Source: Octopus sinensis (lineage: Eukaryota). Taken from it: DNA of 64,000 bases. Location: NCBI RefSeq assembly GCF_006345805.1, contig NC_043001.1, forward strand, positions 70,122,001-70,186,000, read 5' to 3'. Below, piece after piece: positions 58,400-64,000 of the stretch. Each line of letters starts with the position of its first letter. The first letter of the stretch is position 1. Made by a program: the position numbers and the translations under genes. Under the pieces are notes generated by a model. The model had not been told where the DNA came from, ran no database searches, and saw nothing but the letters and a program-made list of their open reading frames with translations.

Positions 58400-58636
58400 A
58401 TCTTTTAACTTTTCCCTGTTTCAGTCATTAGACTGCATCCATGCTGGGGCACCGGCTTCAATTTTTAGTCCAATATATATATGACGGGCTTCTTTCAATT
58501 TCCATCAGCCACATCCACTCACAAGGCTTCGGTCGGCCCGAGGCTATAGCAGAAGACACTTGCCCAGGGTGCTAATCTGAACTGAACACAGAACCACGTG
58601 GTTGAGAAGCAAGTTTCTTACCACATATCCTGCGCC
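58400..58636 (-). mobile_element. SINE family A, internally deleted
   Basis: ggcgcagg head, gaagacacttgcccagggtgc, ggtcggcccgaggctatagc, tgtttcagtcattagactgc tail. Confidence 0.8.
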
Positions 58637-58682
58637 TACAAAAATATTTTGTATCGGCCACTATGGGGCCATATATATATAT

Positions 58683-58829
<147 letters not shown>

Positions 58830-58863
58830 TGTGTGTGTGTGTGTGTATTGTATATATATATAT

Positions 58864-59110
58864 ATATAATTCGAGACAAAACCACTATTTTAAAATCAAA
58901 CAAGGAAAGACTTAATCAATACATAAAATTTTAATATAATTAAATAATTATTTAATTTATATTAAAATTTTATGTATTGAATAAGTCTTTCCTTGTTTGG
59001 TTTTAAATAGTGGTTTTGTCTCGAATTATATTATATAATATTTTACTATAAAATTGGATTTAACCCTAATCTGATTTTTTCCCTGTAATTTTGGATTCAT
59101 TCCCTAATAT
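58864..59110 (+). mobile_element. Penelope-related fold-back element: 168-bp loopless palindrome (58864-59031) plus unique tail, no hammerhead
   Basis: Arms tcgagacaaaaccactatttt...cataaaattttaata and reverse complement; tail ttttactataaaattggatttaa...ccctgtaattttggattcattccctaatatt shared with 62089-62165. Confidence 0.8.
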
Positions 59111-59603
59111 TTATTATTATTATATATATATATATATATAATATATATATATCAGTAATATTAAAATGTTAATACCTACGTACGTACCTGTGGTGTTTGT
59201 CGCACTTAGTTGCAAGGAAGTGGTAAAAATAGATTAATAAAACTAATTAAGCAGAAGTATAGTTCAAGTGAGAGGCAACGCAGCAGAATGGGAGTAAGAG
59301 GGAGTTAGAGGGAGAGAATGGAGATTAATAGCGCTGAGAGGTAAGAGAAATATAACGCGATAAGACGCAAGAGGACGATTAGAGGCAGAGAGACATAGAG
59401 GAGGGAGAGGGGAGGGAAGGTGAAGAGCGAGAGGGAGAGAGAGAGAGAGTTAGAAAGATAGACTGAGTGAAGGAAGCGAGTGTATAACGAATAACTGTGA
59501 AAGAGAATGAAACCATTCTCATAGAGAAAACACTGGAAAACTTTTCGTTTTGTACGATATATGATAAGCCATATGACATGGTAATTGCAAAAAGAAATAT
59601 TAC

Positions 59604-59605
<2 letters not shown>

Positions 59606-59693
<88 letters not shown>
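59606..59693. repeat. (TCTA)n microsatellite
   Basis: Directly visible. Confidence 0.95.
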
Positions 59694-59694
<1 letters not shown>

Positions 59695-59712
59695 GACAGT
59701 TATTCTGCCTGT

Positions 59713-59747
<35 letters not shown>

Positions 59748-60439
59748 TTCTGTCTGTCTCTCTCTCTCAGCAAATAGCTCTGGATGTTACAGATACTTTT
59801 CTGCAATTGAAGGGAGAGGTAGAAAGAAAAAGAGAAATAAAAAAGTGTTAAGCAGGGGAAGGATAGTTGAAATGAGTGGCAAAGTGAGAGAGAGGGCGTA
59901 CAGAGCGTGAGTGAGAGAGAAAGAGAGTGAGTGAGAGGTGACTAAAAGAAAGGGGGGGCTCATTTTCTGTTTTTAAATGTTTAAGTGTAGATAGACACAT
60001 AACCACAGCAAACTGTATCTTCCTCCAATATTGGATATTACTTTTACTTTTCTACACTATAATTGGATGTTGCATTTGAAGATGATTACATTTTTTGTAT
60101 TTCGTAGAACTTCCTAAGGAACTGCTTATACATAACTAGCAGAGATATCGGGCATTGCTCGGGATTAAAATGGCATCGTTTATATATACATTACAATTGT
60201 TGAAACATGTGATACGGGAAAGTGCAGCATTGACGACAAAACGTTGTGGAGTAAATGTTGGCTAATTCGACACCCGACGTATCATGCGTCCATCTGAAAC
60301 TGAAACATGTAAAACGTCCTGAGGACAGGACGTCTTCTATCTCTCTCTTCTATCTTTTCTCTTTTCAAAGAAAGTATTTCTTCACGTTCACTATTTTACA
60401 CTCGATCTTGTCTAACAACACACCATGTTTGTTCTGTTT

Positions 60440-60595
60440 CTTTGTTTGCCTCTACTGTCCTATTTTCGTTCCCAGCATTGACCATCCATATATCAAAAAG
60501 TTTATTTTGGTATTTATGGAAGCAACTGTCTCCGAAGACTCAATGCAACAAAATGAGGAGTAGATAGAAATCCGACAACTGATGAAGGGCCATTC
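60440..60595 (-). repeat. Copy of the 1-300 / 45815-45970 repeat family
   Basis: Reverse complement cccttcatcagttgtcgg...ttcggagacagttgcttccataaa...gggaacgaaaataggacagtagag. Confidence 0.65.
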
Positions 60596-60619
60596 GTTGG
60601 GTTACTGGCGCTGTTTGCC

Positions 60620-61202
60620 TGGTGGTCTTGTTGTTTGCGTATTTAGCTCATTTGCTTTCGTATTTCCTGAGCAAGAAAGGCACAAATAATGCTGCAACTC
60701 TTTTCATTCGCAATTCCTCGCTCAAAATTCGTTGGCAGGAACCCTAGGACTGACCAGTCTTATCAATAAGTTTGTCCTTTGCTCGATGATGGTTCTGTAA
60801 GGTCAGTTCATAAATTCTAATGACGTTTTCATTTGTTTAGGAGGTCGACGTTCGCTCTGAACAGATTGGCCTTCAAGCGACAAGTGACTATTCCTAAAGT
60901 GTGGAAGCCACTCTTAAACTTGTGTTTTGCTCATGGCAGCATCCTTGTAAGCTTTTTGGAGAATGACATCTATTTCGGCCGCCGTTTTCCCCGGTAGAAT
61001 ACAAAATTTCACCGTTCCTTTGTTTCAGCGATCGCAAAAATCGACGAAGAGTGGAGAAGCACTGCAAAGCAAAGACTACCACATGGCAGCATGACCGCAG
61101 ACATCAATGTGAGAATTGCATCATGTGATTTCTAGCGGTAGAAGCCTGAACTTCAAGGGGCTTGTCCACAGAGAACGTTTCCGGTTACTTTTAAGTACCT
61201 CA
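60620..61202 (-). pseudogene. Mariner transposon 5' part: TIR plus degenerate transposase N-terminus
   Basis: TA|tgaggtacttaaaagtaaccggaa TIR; VKFCILPGKTAAEIDVILQKAYKDAAMSKTQV*EW...SLE; SCQRILSEELRMKRVAALFVPFLL. Confidence 0.85.
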
Positions 61203-61220
61203 TATATACATATATATTTA

Positions 61221-61263
<43 letters not shown>

Positions 61264-61842
61264 TGATTAATTAATGATTTTTTGGCTAATTCTGAAATTA
61301 AATCAGCAGTTTATATTTGCTGCTGAGAAGTTGGCGCGGTGACGGTAGATTTTGAAAATTTAGAATATATATTCTCGAGGCGTCGATGCTGTCGCCTCGT
61401 GGATATATATTTCCATGGCTTCTTTGCTGACGATACAGGCCAGTGGCAAATAGATATAATTTAATTTAATTTAATCGGTTTTCCAATATGTATGTCTAAA
61501 CTATGCATAGTCCCAAAATGATAAGGGTAAATGTTTTTATCTTCCTTTGGTTTCTGAATTACAACTATTTAGCAGTTTGAGTTTAGCTGCTCTTTCTAGC
61601 GGATCGAATGGCCTATCAAGGCCATTCTTTAATATTGTTGAATGTATATTATATAGACTGTTGACTATTTTTTCTTTCTCACTGGCAAAAAATTTCTCTT
61701 GAATTTTTTGCTACCCTGATATTGATTAATATATATATATATATATATAAAATATTATTAGAGACAAAACCACTATTTTGCAAAACAAACAAGGAAAGAC
61801 TTAATCAATACATAAAATTTTAATAAATAGTCAAAAAAACCG

Positions 61843-61885
61843 CCACTACAATTGTTTCTTGTCTTGATCGACAATCTTCAGGTGG
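61843..61885 (-). ncRNA. Minimal type I hammerhead ribozyme (left arm, minus strand)
   Basis: Reverse complement ccac-CTGAAGA-ttgtc(gatcaa)gacaa-GAAA-c(aatt)g-TA-gtgg. Confidence 0.85.
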
Positions 61886-61950
61886 GCTTCCAATTTACAA
61901 GTCAGTTTCAAATTATGAAGTAATTTGAAAATGACTTGTAAATTGGAAGC

Positions 61951-61993
61951 CCACCTGAAGATTGTCGATCAAGACAAGAAACAATTGTAGTGG
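61951..61993 (+). ncRNA. Minimal type I hammerhead ribozyme (right arm, plus strand)
   Basis: Stem I ccac/gtgg; CTGAAGA; stem II ttgtc/gacaa; GAAA; stem III ACAATTGT self-complementary; GUA triplet. Confidence 0.85.
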
Positions 61994-62212
61994 CGGTTTT
62001 TTTGACTATTTATTAAAATTTATGTATTGATTAAGTCTTTCCTTGTTTGTTTTGCAAATAGTGGTTTTGTCTCTAATAATATTTTATAATATTTTACTAT
62101 AAAATTGGATTTAATCCTAAATCTGATTTTTTTCCCTGTAAATTTGGATTTATTCCCTAATATTATATTATTTATATATATTATATATATATATATATAT
62201 TATATATATATA

Positions 62213-62267
<55 letters not shown>

Positions 62268-62575
62268 ATACATTGAGTACTCCTCCAATGATTGCTCTTA
62301 AATACCACTATGCAGAGAAACAGCTACGTTACTGAAACGAATAAAAGATAAAATATATGATACATAGAAATATCGGCAGTTAGTCGTTTCTTTTCATCGA
62401 GTGACCATTGTTCTCACGAATGTTACACTTTCTCTCACTACATACCATTCAAAATTCCAACCTTGAATTATGAATATATATATATATGTGTGTGTGTGTA
62501 TGCATGTGTGTGTGTATGTGTGTGTGTGTGTGTAAAAATGTGAGAGAGAAAGATATAGAAAGAGAGAGAGAGAGA

Positions 62576-62612
<37 letters not shown>

Positions 62613-63168
62613 AGAAAGAAAGAAGAAAGAAAGAAGAAAGAAAGAAAGAAAGAAAAAAAGGAGGTAAGAAAGGAAAAAATAACGAAAGTGTCTTTCAGAA
62701 GTAATGCCTGATACTCGCCTAAGTTTTCAAAGAGTGAAAGTACTATCAGAGAAGAACACATGATGATATCTCTGTACATTTTTTTTCTTGTTTGCATATT
62801 TCGTTTTAAGCTACTTTCCAAGAAAGCAGACATATAATAGAATCAATATTTGTTTATAATTACTATTCTTCGACAGATTCGTGGAAACAGCAAGCGTATA
62901 TTCAAGAGAAAATAAATATAAGGATACAACTTTCGAAGGAACTATAGAAAAAGTAAAAAATATTACGAAACATTTAACTGCGAAGACTCTCAATGAAATT
63001 GTACATTTACTTGCATTACTCTGACAATCGTTATATCATATATAAGAGGTGAAAATCAAAGGAAAATGTGATTCTCTCTCTCCCTATTTCTCGTTCTCCC
63101 CATCTCTCTCCCCGTTTCCTTCCTTAATCCTCTGTCTCTCTATTTCTCTCCTTCTTTCTCTGTCTCCT

Positions 63169-63219
<51 letters not shown>

Positions 63220-63247
63220 GCATAACACATACATATATATATATATA

Positions 63248-63618
63248 CTCTCTTTTTTACTCTTTTTACTTGTTTCAGTCATTTGAATGCGGCCATGCTG
63301 GAGCACCGCCTTTAGTCGAGCAAATCGACCCCGGGACTTATTCTTTGTAAGCCCAGTACTTATTCTATCGGTCTCTTTTTGCCGAACCGCTAAGTGACGG
63401 GGACAAAGAGAGACAGACATACAAACACACACATACATATATATATATTTATATACGACAGGCTTCTTTCAGTTTCCGTCTACCAATCCACTCACAAAGG
63501 CATTGGTCGGCCCGGGGCTATAGCAAAAGACACTTGCCCAAGATGCCACGCAGTGGACTGAACCCGGAACCATGAGGCTGTTTAGCAAGCTACTTACCCA
63601 CACAGCGACTCCTGCGCC
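63248..63618 (-). mobile_element. tRNA-derived SINE family A (CORE-like, resembles octopus OR2-type), full length
   Basis: Head ggcgcaggagtcgctgtgtgg (A box), ggttccgggttcagtcc (B box), catcttgggcaagtgtc (CORE-like), internal (TA/TG)n, tail ...gactgaaacaagtaaaaagag. Confidence 0.85.
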
Positions 63619-63721
63619 TATATACATACATATAAATATGCATACTACATACATACACACATATATATACAAATGCATATATATAAATATATACATATAT
63701 ATATAATATATTATATATATA

Positions 63722-63762
<41 letters not shown>

Positions 63763-64000
63763 ACACACACACACACACCACACACATATACTGTGTTTAC
63801 TCTTTTTACTCTTGCGGGTCCGAGGTCGTTGTAAATTCTTGGTAGGGAAGAAGAAGAAGAAGAAGAAGAAGAAGAATGCAGGAGTACCATGTTTGTATAT
63901 TAAATGGTCAAGTGTCCTGAGCGTGACACATTGTGGATGGTAGTAGTGATTGAATTCCTGAAACATCTCTTTTGAATGGCTTGTTTATAAAATTTGCGTA

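Larger units (their letters stand above)
61746..62165 (+). mobile_element. Penelope-related fold-back element: 343-bp palindrome (61746-62088, 5-nt loop) with two outward-facing hammerheads plus unique tail
   Basis: Arms 61746-61915 and 61921-62088 with about 3 differences; tail matches 59032-59110 and the Penelope ORF leader at ~41770-41815 (minus). Confidence 0.85.

Overview
AT-rich eukaryotic DNA dense in microsatellites and transposons. The SINE families and repeat landscape suggest a coleoid cephalopod (Octopus-like); this is an inference. No complete host gene can be supported, only a few short low-confidence exon candidates, and nearly all ORFs in the supplied track are microsatellite artefacts. 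Recognisable coding remnants are all mobile: an RTE LINE with three C-terminal C2H2-like fingers (10.8-12.4 kb), an R4/Dong-type REL-endonuclease LINE embedded in (AAT)n (19.2-22.0 kb), a Helitron Pif1-helicase fragment (25.6-26.2 kb), a DD37D/maT and a mariner transposase remnant, a Penelope-like (Naiad-type) element in partial-tandem arrangement (40.4-43.5 kb) and a CR1 LINE (44.2-45.7 kb). There are also many tRNA-derived SINEs, non-autonomous Helitrons and a mariner MITE. The most interesting signal is a set of non-coding Penelope-related elements carrying minimal type I hammerhead ribozymes. One intact motif lies in a direct-repeat-bounded 0.7 kb element (25.1 kb). Two intact motifs point outwards from the centre of a 343-bp palindrome (61.7-62.1 kb). 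The same outward-facing paired geometry recurs in decayed form at 57.6/58.0 kb and possibly at 0.9/1.4 kb. A templated insertion of upstream flanking DNA into the Dong RT and an (AAT)n-associated ~540-bp repeat family are also notable. All alignments and identities were judged by eye.
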